A stretch of 64,000 bases of DNA from an uncultured Spirochaetota bacterium (GCA_944388995.1 CALXKN010000005.1:30895-94894); one strand, 5' to 3'. Shown: positions 8,980 to 19,369, counted from the stretch's first letter. A program made the numbers and translations. Notes: a model not told the origin generated them from the letters alone.

Positions 8980-9630
8980 ATGGGGCTTTATACGACAATT
9001 TCGGTGTTATCTTCTGATTTTTCCGAAATCAAAGCGACGGTACAGGAGGCGGAGGCGGCCGGTGCAACCATGATTCATTGGGACGTAATGGATGGTCTTT
9101 TTGTACCTGACTTGACTTTTGGCGCTAAATTTATCGCCGATTGCCGCAAACATACTGTTTTGCCTTTTGACACACATTTAATGATCTCTTCGCCAAATAC
9201 AAAGCTGGATCCGTTTTTGGAGAACAGTGATACGGTGACATTCCATTATGAAGCGGTGCCCGATAATGTCGCAGATTTGATTTCCCGAATTCACTCGGCC
9301 GGAAAGAAGGCAGGAATTTCCGTAAAGCCGTCAACGGAACTGCATTTACTACAACCTTATCTGCCGCTGCTGGATACGGTTCTTTTAATGGGTGTGGAGC
9401 CGGGGCGCGGCGGACAGCTCATCGACAGAGGGATTTACGGACGGTTGGAAATTCTTTCTCAGATGCGCTGCAGCGGAGGGTTGTCATTTCAGATTACCGT
9501 TGACGGAGGTGTGGATTCCGATAATGCCGCCGCATTAAAGGGAAAAGGTGCCGACGGAGTGGTTTTGGGAACGGCATATCTGAAATCTCCGGACAAAAAG
9601 AAATTGATTGATACGGTTTCCCGCATATGA
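8980..9630 (+). CDS. rpe: Ribulose-phosphate 3-epimerase
   Basis: Family motifs are present: HWDVMDGLFVPDLTFG, FDTHLM, GVEPGRGGQ. The start is set at the first ATG. The ORF track's TTG at 8956 has no SD either. Confidence 0.9.
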   Translation: MGLYTTISVLSSDFSEIKATVQEAEAAGATMIHWDVMDGLFVPDLTFGAKFIADCRKHTVLPFDTHLMISSPNTKLDPFLENSDTVTFHYEAVPDNVADLISRIHSAGKKAGISVKPSTELHLLQPYLPLLDTVLLMGVEPGRGGQLIDRGIYGRLEILSQMRCSGGLSFQITVDGGVDSDNAAALKGKGADGVVLGTAYLKSPDKKKLIDTVSRI

Positions 9631-10790
9631 GAGGCAGCGTCAACGGAAAACTTCTGGACAAAGCAGTTTATCTCTTTAAAAGACGGCGTTATGCCGCCGC
9701 GGCTGATCTTTTATCGCCGTATCTGCTGACTTACGGAGACAGTTATCTTTATTTCAAATTGATGACGGTTGTCTCGCTTATCATCGGTGACTGGAGCGGG
9801 GCGTCGGCTTATCTCAAGACAGCTGTCCGACTTGAAAAAAGGACGGATTCCGATTTGCGGATAGCGGAAGCGGTGATCCGTCTGCAGGCCGGAGAAACCG
9901 CAGAAGCCTACGGTTTACTTTTCGATTTGGAGCGAAACGAACGGTGGGGAAATTTTGCGAGAGAATTGCTTGAAATTTCCCGGAACACGGAAAACAAGCA
10001 GGCTTTAACGGAAATTTTGGAAAAGTTGGTAAAAAAACGGCTTTCCAAAATCCGTCTCGACGGAATTTGCGAATTACCGAATAAGCCGGACCGACTGGTT
10101 TTTCCCGGAGTTGATTCACTGCGGCGGTTTTGGCCCGCTCTGACGGCATTAGCCGTCTTCGTTGTTCTGCTTTTTGCAGGAACCGGCATTTATTTCGCCG
10201 CATCGGCTTTATCCGATAATCGTGACTTCTCCACGGAACGGTTTAACGGTGAAAATATTGTTTTAACACGGGAAGACCGCCTTGCGGTTTACGATATTGA
10301 AACCCGTTATTTTTTGAGTGACGGTGAAATCGAACGTTCTTTCGAACGGATGAAGGATTATTACCGCCGCGGTGACGATAATATGACGCAGCGCGAAATC
10401 AACCGCCTGAAAGAATCAAACGCCGCAGTCGACGTCAAAGACAAGGCTTCTGCTTTCGAACGGCTGCTTTCTGACAACCGAAGCGAAAATACCGGAACGC
10501 CGTTTACGTATGATGAAGTTTCCCGCGATCCGTTTCTTTATGATAAGACTGTCGTCGTGTGGCGCGGAGCGGCCGCCAATTTGTCTGTTACGCAGACCTC
10601 CCTGACTTTCGATTTATTGGTCGGCTATGAAAATAAAAAATTTTTGGAGGGAACGGTTCCCGTTTTCGTCGATTACGGAGTTAAAATCACCGAAGGCGAG
10701 CCGTATGAGGTTGAAGGGGAGATTACGGTCGGCGTAGACGGGCATTTCCGTCTGCACGCGCTGTCAATCAGAAGAATTCAAATAAATTGA
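9627..10790 (+). CDS. Hypothetical membrane-anchored protein with N-terminal TPR-like region
   Basis: 387-aa ORF. Its ATG overlaps the rpe stop (ATGA). There is one central hydrophobic helix (FWPALTALAVFVVLLFAGTGIYFAA). Confidence 0.55.
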   Translation: MRGSVNGKLLDKAVYLFKRRRYAAAADLLSPYLLTYGDSYLYFKLMTVVSLIIGDWSGASAYLKTAVRLEKRTDSDLRIAEAVIRLQAGETAEAYGLLFDLERNERWGNFARELLEISRNTENKQALTEILEKLVKKRLSKIRLDGICELPNKPDRLVFPGVDSLRRFWPALTALAVFVVLLFAGTGIYFAASALSDNRDFSTERFNGENIVLTREDRLAVYDIETRYFLSDGEIERSFERMKDYYRRGDDNMTQREINRLKESNAAVDVKDKASAFERLLSDNRSENTGTPFTYDEVSRDPFLYDKTVVVWRGAAANLSVTQTSLTFDLLVGYENKKFLEGTVPVFVDYGVKITEGEPYEVEGEITVGVDGHFRLHALSIRRIQIN

Positions 10791-10851
10791 CGGATTTTTT
10801 CTTTTTCCGCATTAATAAATACGGGAAAGAGTTTATTGAAAGGAGGGCTTT

Positions 10852-11979
10852 ATGGCCGCATCGACACCGAAAAAAACTTTTATGAGCGCATCCGATTTTG
10901 AATCGACCGAGGACAGACAGAAGGCGCTGGAGGCCGCAAAACTGCAAATCGAGAAACAGTTCGGAAAAGGCTCTTTGATGAAGCTGGGGGAAAAACAGGG
11001 AATGAATGTTGAAGTGATTCCTTCCGGTTCGCTGCTGATCGACGCCGCGCTGGGGGTCGGCGGATATCCGCGGGGGCGCATCATCGAAATTTTCGGTCCC
11101 GAATCGTCGGGAAAAACAACCTTGGCTCTCCACGCCATTGCCGAGGCGCAAAAAAAGGGCGGTATTGCGGCTTTTGTCGACGCCGAACACGCCCTCGATC
11201 CGGTTTATGCCAGGAATTTGGGTGTCAATACCGATGAGTTATGGGTTTCCCAGCCGGATACCGGGGAACAGGCCTTGGAAATTACGGAATCGTTGGTCCG
11301 TTCCGGAGCTGTCGATATCATCGTGGTCGACTCGGTTGCGGCGCTGACGCCTCAGGCCGAAATCGAAGGCGATATGGGTGACGCCCACATGGGCTTACAG
11401 GCGCGTCTGATGAGCCAGGCACTGCGGAAACTGACCGGTATTATCGGAAAATCAGGGACGATTCTGATTTTTATCAATCAGATCCGGATGAAAATCGGCG
11501 TCATGTTCGGGAATCCCGAGACGACAACCGGCGGAAACGCGCTGAAATTTTACTCCTCCGTCCGTCTCGATGTACGGAAAATCGAAACGATTGCCAAAGG
11601 CGACGATGATCCCGTCGGAAACCGCGTGCGCGTCAAAGTCGTCAAAAACAAGGTGGCGCCTCCGTTCCGCCGCGCCGAGCTGGAAATGGAGTTCGGAAAG
11701 GGCATTTCAGCGGAAGGCAGTCTTTTGGATGTCGCCGTCAAATACAATATAATCGAAAAAAGCGGCAGTTGGTATTCGTATAACGGCAACCGCTTGGGAC
11801 AGGGACGCGATAATATCAAGGAATTTTTACGGAAAAATCCGGAAACGGCGGCCGAAATTGAGGAAAAAGTGCGAAAAATCCTTTTTGCCGCGGACGATAC
11901 GCCTGCCGTCAGCGAAGGCGGTGACGGAGAAGCGAAGCCGTCCGGAACGACGGTAAAAAAAGGCGGACTGGAAGCGTAA
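10852..11979 (+). CDS. recA: Recombinase RecA
   Basis: Walker [10 protein letters not shown] and the canonical RecA core ([47 protein letters not shown]). An AAGGAGGG SD lies upstream. Confidence 0.97.
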   Translation: MAASTPKKTFMSASDFESTEDRQKALEAAKLQIEKQFGKGSLMKLGEKQGMNVEVIPSGSLLIDAALGVGGYPRGRIIEIFGPESSGKTTLALHAIAEAQKKGGIAAFVDAEHALDPVYARNLGVNTDELWVSQPDTGEQALEITESLVRSGAVDIIVVDSVAALTPQAEIEGDMGDAHMGLQARLMSQALRKLTGIIGKSGTILIFINQIRMKIGVMFGNPETTTGGNALKFYSSVRLDVRKIETIAKGDDDPVGNRVRVKVVKNKVAPPFRRAELEMEFGKGISAEGSLLDVAVKYNIIEKSGSWYSYNGNRLGQGRDNIKEFLRKNPETAAEIEEKVRKILFAADDTPAVSEGGDGEAKPSGTTVKKGGLEA

Positions 11980-11982
11980 ACA

Positions 11983-12726
11983 ATGCGGCCGGAGTCTCCC
12001 GTTGATTTTAAACTTGAAAAATTCGAAGGTCCTCTTGATTTACTGATAATGCTGATCCGCAATAACGACATCAATATTTATGATATTCCTATCGCCGAAA
12101 TCACGGAGCAGTTCATCGCCTTTATCGAGCGGGGCGAGCAGATCAATCTTGATAATCTGACGGAATTTTACGCGATGGCCGCCACTCTCATCTATATCAA
12201 ATCGAAGATGCTACTGCCGGTCGACGTCAATCTTGAGGAGGAATTTGAAGATCCCCGCCGGGAGCTGGTCGAGAAATTGATCGAGTATCAGAAATTCCGG
12301 AAAATTACCGACATGATGCAGGAACAGATCGGCGGCGAGGAGTGGTTTGTTGACCGCAGACGCCGTCAGAAAACCCTTCCGTTTCCCGAGTCGCGCGAAG
12401 ATTGGGAGGAGATGGATGTTCTTGATTTGTGCCGCATTTTTTCGGGGCTGTTGAAAAAAGTTCCGTTTAATGTCAATATTTATGAGGATGTGACCGTCGA
12501 AGAGAAAGAAACGCTGATTGACGAATATCTTCAGACGAAAAAGGAGTTTTTGTTCACCGATTTGATTAAAAACTACGATTCAGCGATGGAGGTGATTTGC
12601 GCGTTTCTGTCGATTTTGATTTACGTCCGCGATCACAAAATTTCGCTGATGCAGAACAAAATGTTCGGGGATATCAAAATCACGGCATACAAAAAAGGAG
12701 AGGGCGATGGCGGAAACGGAAACTGA
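11983..12726 (+). CDS. scpA: Segregation and condensation protein A
   Basis: N-terminal FEGPLDLLIMLI motif. It is followed by scpB. Confidence 0.85.
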   Translation: MRPESPVDFKLEKFEGPLDLLIMLIRNNDINIYDIPIAEITEQFIAFIERGEQINLDNLTEFYAMAATLIYIKSKMLLPVDVNLEEEFEDPRRELVEKLIEYQKFRKITDMMQEQIGGEEWFVDRRRRQKTLPFPESREDWEEMDVLDLCRIFSGLLKKVPFNVNIYEDVTVEEKETLIDEYLQTKKEFLFTDLIKNYDSAMEVICAFLSILIYVRDHKISLMQNKMFGDIKITAYKKGEGDGGNGN

Positions 12727-13270
12727 GGATTTAAACGGACTTTGCGGAGCGGCCGCCTTAATCGAAGCGGTTTTTTTTCTGGAAACGGATCCGCTGCCGG
12801 TCGGAAAACTGGCGCAAATCACCGGTTTGTCCGAAGAGACCGTCGGCGCGGCGCTTCCGTATTTATCCGACTCCCTGAAAGCGGCTGACCGCGGACTGGA
12901 GCTTTCCCAACTCGGCGGCGGTTGGTTTTTGATGCCGAAAGCGGAAACGTGGGAAATCCTGAAAGAACGTTACGGGAAGAAAAACGACGACCGTCTCTCC
13001 CGCGCCGCATTGGAGACGCTTTCAATTATCGCGTATTCCCAACCGATTACGAAGTCTGAAATCGAAAAGATCCGCGGCGTTTCGGCCGACAGCATGATCC
13101 GCGGTTTATTGGAAAAAGAGCTGATTGCGGAAAAAGGACGGCGGAACTCCCCGGGCCGTCCGATGATGTACGGAACGACACTGAAGTTTCTGAATGTATT
13201 CAAACTGAAAAGCATCGCCGATTTACCGAAGCTGAGTGAAGTCGAAAAGACGAAATTCGAGTTGAACTGA
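12707..13270 (+). CDS. scpB: Segregation and condensation protein B
   Basis: LSRAALETLSIIAYSQPITKSEIEKIRGV and GRPMMYGTT motifs. It overlaps scpA by 20 nt. Confidence 0.85.
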   Translation: MAETETEDLNGLCGAAALIEAVFFLETDPLPVGKLAQITGLSEETVGAALPYLSDSLKAADRGLELSQLGGGWFLMPKAETWEILKERYGKKNDDRLSRAALETLSIIAYSQPITKSEIEKIRGVSADSMIRGLLEKELIAEKGRRNSPGRPMMYGTTLKFLNVFKLKSIADLPKLSEVEKTKFELN

Positions 13271-13272
13271 TT

Positions 13273-14004
13273 ATGGAGGAATCCGTCCGTCTGCAAAAAT
13301 ATATCGCCTCCTGCGGCGTTCTGTCCCGGCGGAAAGCGGAGGAAGCCGTCATGGCGGGACGGGTGCTGCTTAACGGCGTCCCGGTCGCCGTTCCCGGGGT
13401 TAAGGTCAATCCTCTCTCCGATCGGGTGGAAGTTGACGGCCGGATTTGTGTTCCAGAGAAAAAGAGGGTTTATCTTCTCATGAATAAGCCGGAAAAAGTG
13501 ATTTGCACAAAATACGATCCGCGCCGCCGGAAAACCGTCTTTGAACTTCTGCCGCCTTCGTACCGGCACCTTCACACTGTCGGCCGTCTCGATTTCATGT
13601 CGTGCGGTCTGCTTTTGCTTACCGACGACGGGAATTTCACTTACAGAATCACCCATCCGTCGCATGAAATCGAAAAAGAGTATCTGATCCGTACCGATAA
13701 AAAAATCGACGAAAATTTACTAAAAAATTTTAAAAACGGCTTTTCCATAAATGAAATTTCGTATAGAATAAAGGGGTATAAGATTCTGAAGGCTCCGAAC
13801 GAATACACCTTCGTTTTGACCGAAGGGCGCAACCGCGAGATTCGGAATCTGCTGAATACAAATTCAATCGGAGTTAAACTGTTGCGACGGATACGCATCG
13901 GCCGCGTAGAACTTGCGGACCTGGAACCGGGGCGGTTCAGACTGCTCTCCGAAGCCGAGGTTGACGGTTTACTGGAAACGGGTGTAAATGATTGTAGCCA
14001 TTGA
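13273..14004 (+). CDS. rluB: Pseudouridine synthase, RsuA/RluB family (S4 domain plus catalytic HTVGRLD)
   Basis: S4-like N-terminus (RLQKYIASCGVLSRRKAEE) and catalytic Asp motif GRLD. Confidence 0.8.
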   Translation: MEESVRLQKYIASCGVLSRRKAEEAVMAGRVLLNGVPVAVPGVKVNPLSDRVEVDGRICVPEKKRVYLLMNKPEKVICTKYDPRRRKTVFELLPPSYRHLHTVGRLDFMSCGLLLLTDDGNFTYRITHPSHEIEKEYLIRTDKKIDENLLKNFKNGFSINEISYRIKGYKILKAPNEYTFVLTEGRNREIRNLLNTNSIGVKLLRRIRIGRVELADLEPGRFRLLSEAEVDGLLETGVNDCSH

Positions 14005-14641
14005 CGGTCCCGCCGGAGTCGGGAAAAGCACTGTAGCTCACCGGATTGCCGAACAATTCGGGTTTCAGTTTCTCAACAGCGGAAATTTTTACCGTTGCGT
14101 CGCGTTTTACGCTTTAAAAAACAACATTTCACCGGAAGATCCGGCCGCCTTGGTTCGGACTGCCGAACATTTGCCTTTGACTCTGCACGACGGGGTTCTC
14201 TGCGCCGACGGGGAAAATATCGAACCGTATCTGCATACCCATGAAATCGATGAAATTGTCGCTCCGATTTCCGCCGTTCCCGGAGTAAGAGCCGCCGTCA
14301 ACGCTTTGATGGGACGGCTTTACCGGAATGTCGACTTGGTCTGCGAAGGGCGGGACATGACGACCGTCGTATTTCCCGACGCCGATGTGAAGATTTTTTT
14401 GGATGCTTCGCCGGAGGTCAGAGCCGGCCGCCGTTTCCGCCAGAACGGAGGGAACGATTACGGCGCCGTTTTGTCGGCGATTAAGCGTCGGGATCACGTC
14501 GATATCAATAAACCGGTGGGAAATTTAAAGATTGCCGATGACGCTCTGTACATCGATACCTCCGAAATGGATCCGGATACCGTTACGAAAAAAATTTTTA
14601 GTTATATAAATGCCAAAGCAGGAGAAAGGAATGAATTTTGA
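13988..14641 (+). CDS. cmk: Cytidylate kinase
   Basis: P-loop IAIDGPAGVGKST and a CMP-kinase core. Confidence 0.9.
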   Translation: MIVAIDGPAGVGKSTVAHRIAEQFGFQFLNSGNFYRCVAFYALKNNISPEDPAALVRTAEHLPLTLHDGVLCADGENIEPYLHTHEIDEIVAPISAVPGVRAAVNALMGRLYRNVDLVCEGRDMTTVVFPDADVKIFLDASPEVRAGRRFRQNGGNDYGAVLSAIKRRDHVDINKPVGNLKIADDALYIDTSEMDPDTVTKKIFSYINAKAGERNEF

Positions 14642-16337
14642 CGAAATGATGGAAATGAATTTGGACGATCTGGAAAAGTCTCTGGAGAGTTTCGGAAGCG
14701 TGACGGAAGGGGAAGTGGTTGACGGAAAAGTCGTCGAGGTGACCGCTTCAAACGTTTTTCTTGACGTAAACTGCAAGTCGGAAGGGATTCTTTCGACTGC
14801 CGAATTCGGGGATTCCGTACCGTCTGTCGGAGATACCGTTCAGGTTTTTCTGGAGAAAAAAGAGGACAGGGACGGACGTCCGGTTATTTCCAAATCAAAG
14901 GCCGACGAACAGCGGATCAAACGCTCGCTGCGTTCCGCGACGGCTTCCCATGAGCCCGTAACCGGGAAATTCGTAAAAGAGGTTCCCGGAGGATTGAGCG
15001 TGGATCTGGGAGCCGATATTCTGGCATTTTGTCCGAATTCGCAGATCGATATCAACCGCGTCAAAAATCCTTCCGAATGGATCGGGAAAACGGCCAAATT
15101 TCTGGTTCACCGTCATCCGGAGCGCAAATCGATTACCGTTTCCCGCCGCCGTTATCTCGAAGAAGAAATCGAAAAAGCTCGAGAGAATTTTTTTGCGACG
15201 GTGAAAGAGGGCGATACGGTGGAAGGCACGGTTAAAAATTTCACCTCTTACGGCGCTTTTGTCGATTTGGGAGGATTCGACGGCCTGCTCCACTTATCCG
15301 ACATGAGCTGGGGGCACGCCAACAGTCCGCGCAGTTACATGAATAAAGGCGACCGGATGAAGCTGGTCGTCAAAAAAATCGATCCCGAAAACAAAAAAGT
15401 GAACCTTTCGCTGAAAGATTTGACGGCGGATCCTTGGTCTGATGTTACCGAAATTTTTCATCCTGAAGATGTCGTGACGGGAAAAATCACAAAAATGACC
15501 GACTTCGGAATTTTTGTCGAACTGAAAGAAGGCGTTGAAGGATTGGCTCATATTTCCGAGCTTTCGTGGACCAAACGGATCAAGCATCCGCGAGAACTTT
15601 TCAATATCGGCGACGTCATTCAGGTTAAAATTTTTTCCATCGATCCCGAAAACAGAAAAATTTCTCTCGGCGTCAAACAGCTTCTTCCGAATGTATGGGA
15701 TACCATTGAAGAAGTCTATCCGATCGGCAGCCGCTGCAAAGGGGTTGTCAGGAAGATTATCAGCAACGGTGTTTTTGTCGAGCTGGAAGAGGGCGTTGAA
15801 GGGTTCCTTCATCCCGACAATGTTTCGTGGACGCGCAAGAAGATCAATCTTCACGACGAGTTTAAAGTTGATGATGAAATCGAAGTTTTCATCATCGATA
15901 TTGACAAGGAAAACCGCCGGATTGCGCTCGGAATCAAACAGCTGACGGAAGATCCGTGGCAGATTTTGGAAGGCAAATACGGCAACCGATCTGTTGCCGA
16001 TTGTACCGTAACGGGAGTGACTGACTTCGGCGTTTTTGTGAAAATCGGGGATTCCGAGCTGGAAGGACTGATTCCCGCCAGTCAGTTACCCGATTTTTCA
16101 AAGGAAAATCCGAAGGCAGCTTTGGATAAATACAAGGAAGGCGATGCTTTAAAAGCCGTTGTGATGAGCATCGACCCGAAAACAAAGCGGATTTCGCTTT
16201 CCGTGACTCAGTTGGTATACAACGAGCAGAGAGCCGAGTATTCGAAATATCTCGGCGGCGAGGATTCCGAAGAAAAAGCCTCCTTGGGGGATTTTATCCA
16301 GCTGAAACAGCAAGGAGCCGACGATGACAGGCAGTGA
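14631..16337 (+). CDS. rpsA: 30S ribosomal protein S1
   Basis: Six S1 repeats (e.g. GTVKNFTSYGAFVDLGGFDGLLHLSDMSW). The start is set at ATG 14631, behind an AGGAGAAAGG SD. It overlaps cmk by 11 nt in a different frame. Confidence 0.9.
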   Translation: MNFDEMMEMNLDDLEKSLESFGSVTEGEVVDGKVVEVTASNVFLDVNCKSEGILSTAEFGDSVPSVGDTVQVFLEKKEDRDGRPVISKSKADEQRIKRSLRSATASHEPVTGKFVKEVPGGLSVDLGADILAFCPNSQIDINRVKNPSEWIGKTAKFLVHRHPERKSITVSRRRYLEEEIEKARENFFATVKEGDTVEGTVKNFTSYGAFVDLGGFDGLLHLSDMSWGHANSPRSYMNKGDRMKLVVKKIDPENKKVNLSLKDLTADPWSDVTEIFHPEDVVTGKITKMTDFGIFVELKEGVEGLAHISELSWTKRIKHPRELFNIGDVIQVKIFSIDPENRKISLGVKQLLPNVWDTIEEVYPIGSRCKGVVRKIISNGVFVELEEGVEGFLHPDNVSWTRKKINLHDEFKVDDEIEVFIIDIDKENRRIALGIKQLTEDPWQILEGKYGNRSVADCTVTGVTDFGVFVKIGDSELEGLIPASQLPDFSKENPKAALDKYKEGDALKAVVMSIDPKTKRISLSVTQLVYNEQRAEYSKYLGGEDSEEKASLGDFIQLKQQGADDDRQ

Positions 16338-17061
16338 GAAATTTTCCGCGGCAGATTTTATTTCGGCTTTTTTGATACGGTTTAAAATTCCTCTGATTCT
16401 CACGGGAGTATTGATTGCGGCGGTGTTGGTCGGTGTCGCCGTCGGCGCCGTCGTGATTCAGAATGCGGCCGAAGCCAACGCGGCGGTTGCCGAAGAAATT
16501 GCGGATACTTATGCGGAATGGGTTTCCGCCGGAGATGAGGAAAAAGAAGAGGCGGAGAGTGTTTTGACGGCGGCCATTGATAAAGGAAAGGCCGAAAAAC
16601 AAGGTTCATACGCGTTTGTCCGCGCCGTTCTGTGCGAGTCGCAGATGGCGGAAACGGAAGGGGACCGCGAGGGGGCGTTGGCTTCTTTATCGGTTTTAAA
16701 AGAGATTAAAGCGGTTTCGCTCTATCTGGTTCCGATCGCACTGCACCGTGCGGCTGTTTTGGCTGAAGAGTTGGAACAACCCTCCGAAGCGCTGGCCTAT
16801 TACCGCTCCATCGAAAAGAATTATGCCGGATCGTATTTCAATATGGACCGCGTTTATTACAACATTGCCCGCATCGAAGAGACCTTGGGCAATACGGACG
16901 AAGCCAAAGATGCCTACCGCCTGTTAATTGAAACAGCCGGCAATAAAGAGGCCGATTCTTCCCTGGTGTCCGTTGCGAAAGACCGGCTGATTTATTTGGA
17001 GACGGCGGGAGTCGGTAATCAGGAAGAAGTTCAGGATGAAGAGACTGTCGCGGCGGAATAA
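16324..17061 (+). CDS. Membrane-anchored TPR-like protein (YfgM-like architecture)
   Basis: An N-terminal TM helix is followed by a helical-repeat region. It overlaps the rpsA stop. Confidence 0.5.
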   Translation: MTGSEKFSAADFISAFLIRFKIPLILTGVLIAAVLVGVAVGAVVIQNAAEANAAVAEEIADTYAEWVSAGDEEKEEAESVLTAAIDKGKAEKQGSYAFVRAVLCESQMAETEGDREGALASLSVLKEIKAVSLYLVPIALHRAAVLAEELEQPSEALAYYRSIEKNYAGSYFNMDRVYYNIARIEETLGNTDEAKDAYRLLIETAGNKEADSSLVSVAKDRLIYLETAGVGNQEEVQDEETVAAE

Positions 17062-17920
17062 AACCGTTTTTTCTCTTTTTCTTGTTTTTACCGCATGCGG
17101 AATTCCCAACGATACGGTGGTTTTTGATCCGCCTGTCGTCGGGAACCGTATTGAGACAGGACGTTTGAATGGTGATTTCCAAAATCAAAACAGTGAAGGG
17201 CAGTTTTATCAGCCGGAATTAAAGGGTTTTAACTTTTATTACCGTTTTTTTAACCCCAATTCCACAACAGATTCCAATTATATTCCCACCAGTTCCACTT
17301 TGGACGGAGATTTGATTGACAGATTGACAATATTAGGTGAATCAACTTTGACAACTTCTGCCATCAACACACTTGCTACCAATACAGACACTTTGAGCGG
17401 ATACAACGGTTTTTTTAAATTCTTCTCGAAAAACGACGGCGGTATTACATTAATTATTGATTCGCTTAATCTGGAAAGGAATTTGACCATCAATTTCAAT
17501 TTTCAGCTGACTGATGAAATGCAATCTCCCTATATCGAGTATAATGCCTATATTTCCGATTCGGAAACAGAGACGCGGCGGATTTATCTTTATCGCAATA
17601 TTTTTTCTATTGCCGAGCCTTCAATCGCCCGATTACGGACTTTTGCCGAATCGGCGGTTGATTTTGAGACAACGCGCCGGTACAGCTTTTTACCCAGTGA
17701 TCGGGACTTACAGGGGAATAATTCTGCTCCGGATAAGAGTAACACCCGTTATTATATCGGAATTTGGTGTGTAGCGCAGGGGAGGACATCTCAAATGGAG
17801 ACCCGAACCAGTGAGCCGAGTTTTTTAGGAATGCGTGAAATCAATATTGAGTCGTTTACCTCGTTTGACGAATCGACGGATGTGGTATTCAGTGATAATT
17901 ACAATAACTTATTTGAATAA
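17036..17920 (+). CDS. Hypothetical lipoprotein
   Basis: Signal peptide with a lipobox-like FLVFTAC. No domain recognised. Confidence 0.55.
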   Translation: MKRLSRRNKTVFSLFLVFTACGIPNDTVVFDPPVVGNRIETGRLNGDFQNQNSEGQFYQPELKGFNFYYRFFNPNSTTDSNYIPTSSTLDGDLIDRLTILGESTLTTSAINTLATNTDTLSGYNGFFKFFSKNDGGITLIIDSLNLERNLTINFNFQLTDEMQSPYIEYNAYISDSETETRRIYLYRNIFSIAEPSIARLRTFAESAVDFETTRRYSFLPSDRDLQGNNSAPDKSNTRYYIGIWCVAQGRTSQMETRTSEPSFLGMREINIESFTSFDESTDVVFSDNYNNLFE

Positions 17921-17940
17921 AAATTTGAAACGGTTTCGTT

Positions 17941-18225
17941 ATGAATTTCATTGATTTTTTGTTTATTTTGTCGATTTATTTAATGATCACCGTTATCCTC
18001 TCTCTTGCGTTTTATTACGGAGGCAAGATAAAGGTTTTCGGCAATTATTGGGGTGTTTTTTTTGCGGCTTTTATTGGCGCAGTCATCGGCGGAGTGGTTT
18101 ATATATTCGGGAAAAATTTCTTTTTATTTTTTACCGATTTAAACCACTTTGTCAATATTTATCCTCCGCTGATTGCTTCTTATATTGCCGTCAAAATTTA
18201 TACAAAAGCTTTTAAAAAGCATTAA
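17941..18225 (+). CDS. Small hydrophobic membrane protein (about 3 TM helices)
   Basis: 94-aa ORF with a Gly-zipper-like FIGAVIGGVVYIF. Its 3' end overlaps mazG convergently by 14 nt. Confidence 0.45.
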   Translation: MNFIDFLFILSIYLMITVILSLAFYYGGKIKVFGNYWGVFFAAFIGAVIGGVVYIFGKNFFLFFTDLNHFVNIYPPLIASYIAVKIYTKAFKKH

Positions 18226-19018
18226 AACGATTATTGCGACGTTTTTTTTCTTCTTTTTTTATTTCATTCCAAGCGTCGTTCATTTTATCGGACGACGTCC
18301 GGTTTTCAGCTAAACGGCAGCGGGTTTCGACAAAACGGAAACGGCGGTCAAACTTTTCGTTGGCGCGGTTTAACGCCGTTTCCGGATTGATACCCATCAG
18401 ACGCAGCCAATTAACGGCCGCAAACAAAAAATCCCCACACTCTTCTTCCAGATCGGTAAACGAACCGGATTGTTCCGCTTTTTTGATTTCATCGTGTTCC
18501 TCAAACAGCTTTTCTTCAGCGCCCGAAGGATCAGGCCAATCAAAACCGACTTTTGCCGCTTTCTGCTGCATTTTCCACGCTTTCAGCAAGGAAGGGTAGG
18601 ATGAGGGAACGGAATCCAGAACCGACTTTTCCGGTTTTTTCTCTTTTTGCTTTTCGGCATTCCATCCGGCCAGAGCTTCCCGGGCGTCAGCTGCTTTTGC
18701 GTCTCCGAAAACGTGAGGATGACGGCGGATCAATTTTTTATTGACATCTTTTAAAACGTCGTCAACGCTGAAGATCTTTTTTTCTTCGAAAATTTGGCAT
18801 ATCATAACGATATTCAGCAGAAGATCTCCCAGTTCCTCGCGGAGATTGACTGTATCGTTGCGGTCGACGGCGTTAACGGCTTCAAAACACTCTTCAATCA
18901 GACAGGTTCTTAAAGTTTGCGGCGTCTGTTCGCGATCCCACGGGCATCCGTCCGGAGCGCGCAGCCGGGCAATAATCGAGCAAAGTTCATCGAAACGGGA
19001 AGACATATCACACCTCAT
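18212..19018 (-). CDS. mazG: Nucleoside triphosphate pyrophosphohydrolase MazG
   Basis: Tandem MazG domains with EExxE/D motifs (EECFEAVNAV..., EEECGDFLFAAV). Confidence 0.85.
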   Translation of the reverse strand: MRCDMSSRFDELCSIIARLRAPDGCPWDREQTPQTLRTCLIEECFEAVNAVDRNDTVNLREELGDLLLNIVMICQIFEEKKIFSVDDVLKDVNKKLIRRHPHVFGDAKAADAREALAGWNAEKQKEKKPEKSVLDSVPSSYPSLLKAWKMQQKAAKVGFDWPDPSGAEEKLFEEHDEIKKAEQSGSFTDLEEECGDFLFAAVNWLRLMGINPETALNRANEKFDRRFRFVETRCRLAENRTSSDKMNDAWNEIKKEEKKRRNNRFNAF

Positions 19019-19122
19019 TTTATTTTAAAATTTCATCCGAAGAAGTTCAAGCCGGTTCTGAATATTTCTGTTCAAAAATTCAAAGGAATGGTTTCGATAA
19101 TTACGTATAAATCCGAGTTTTG

Positions 19123-19131
19123 TGTTATAAT
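19123..19131 (+). promoter_or_regulatory. Extended -10 element TGtTATAAT
   Basis: Perfect TATAAT with an upstream TG. It lies 10 nt upstream of the AAGGAGG SD at 19141-19147. The -35 element is poor. Confidence 0.35.
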
Positions 19132-19153
19132 TATTTCGTTAAGGAGGAAGGCT

Positions 19154-19369
19154 GTGAATCTGACTTATGTAAGAGGCGTGACGTCCGATTGGGTTTTGAA
19201 GGAGAGTAAGCGAATGAAGGAATTTATTAAAAGTACTGTTTTAGGGTGTGGACAATTCGATATCGAGGTATTGGACATAAAAACCGGAAGGCAATTCAAG
19301 TTGCCGGCAATTAGCGGAATCTTTTTTAACAACATGAAAAGGATAAAAATCCGGAAGAAGAGAGTCTGA
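19154..19369 (+). CDS. Small hypothetical ORF (71 aa) in the AT-rich gap, possibly the 5' piece of a frameshifted gene
   Basis: GTG start 6 nt after a perfect AAGGAGG. No recognisable family. A start-less open frame (19330-19620) continues in another frame. Confidence 0.3.
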   Translation: MNLTYVRGVTSDWVLKESKRMKEFIKSTVLGCGQFDIEVLDIKTGRQFKLPAISGIFFNNMKRIKIRKKRV

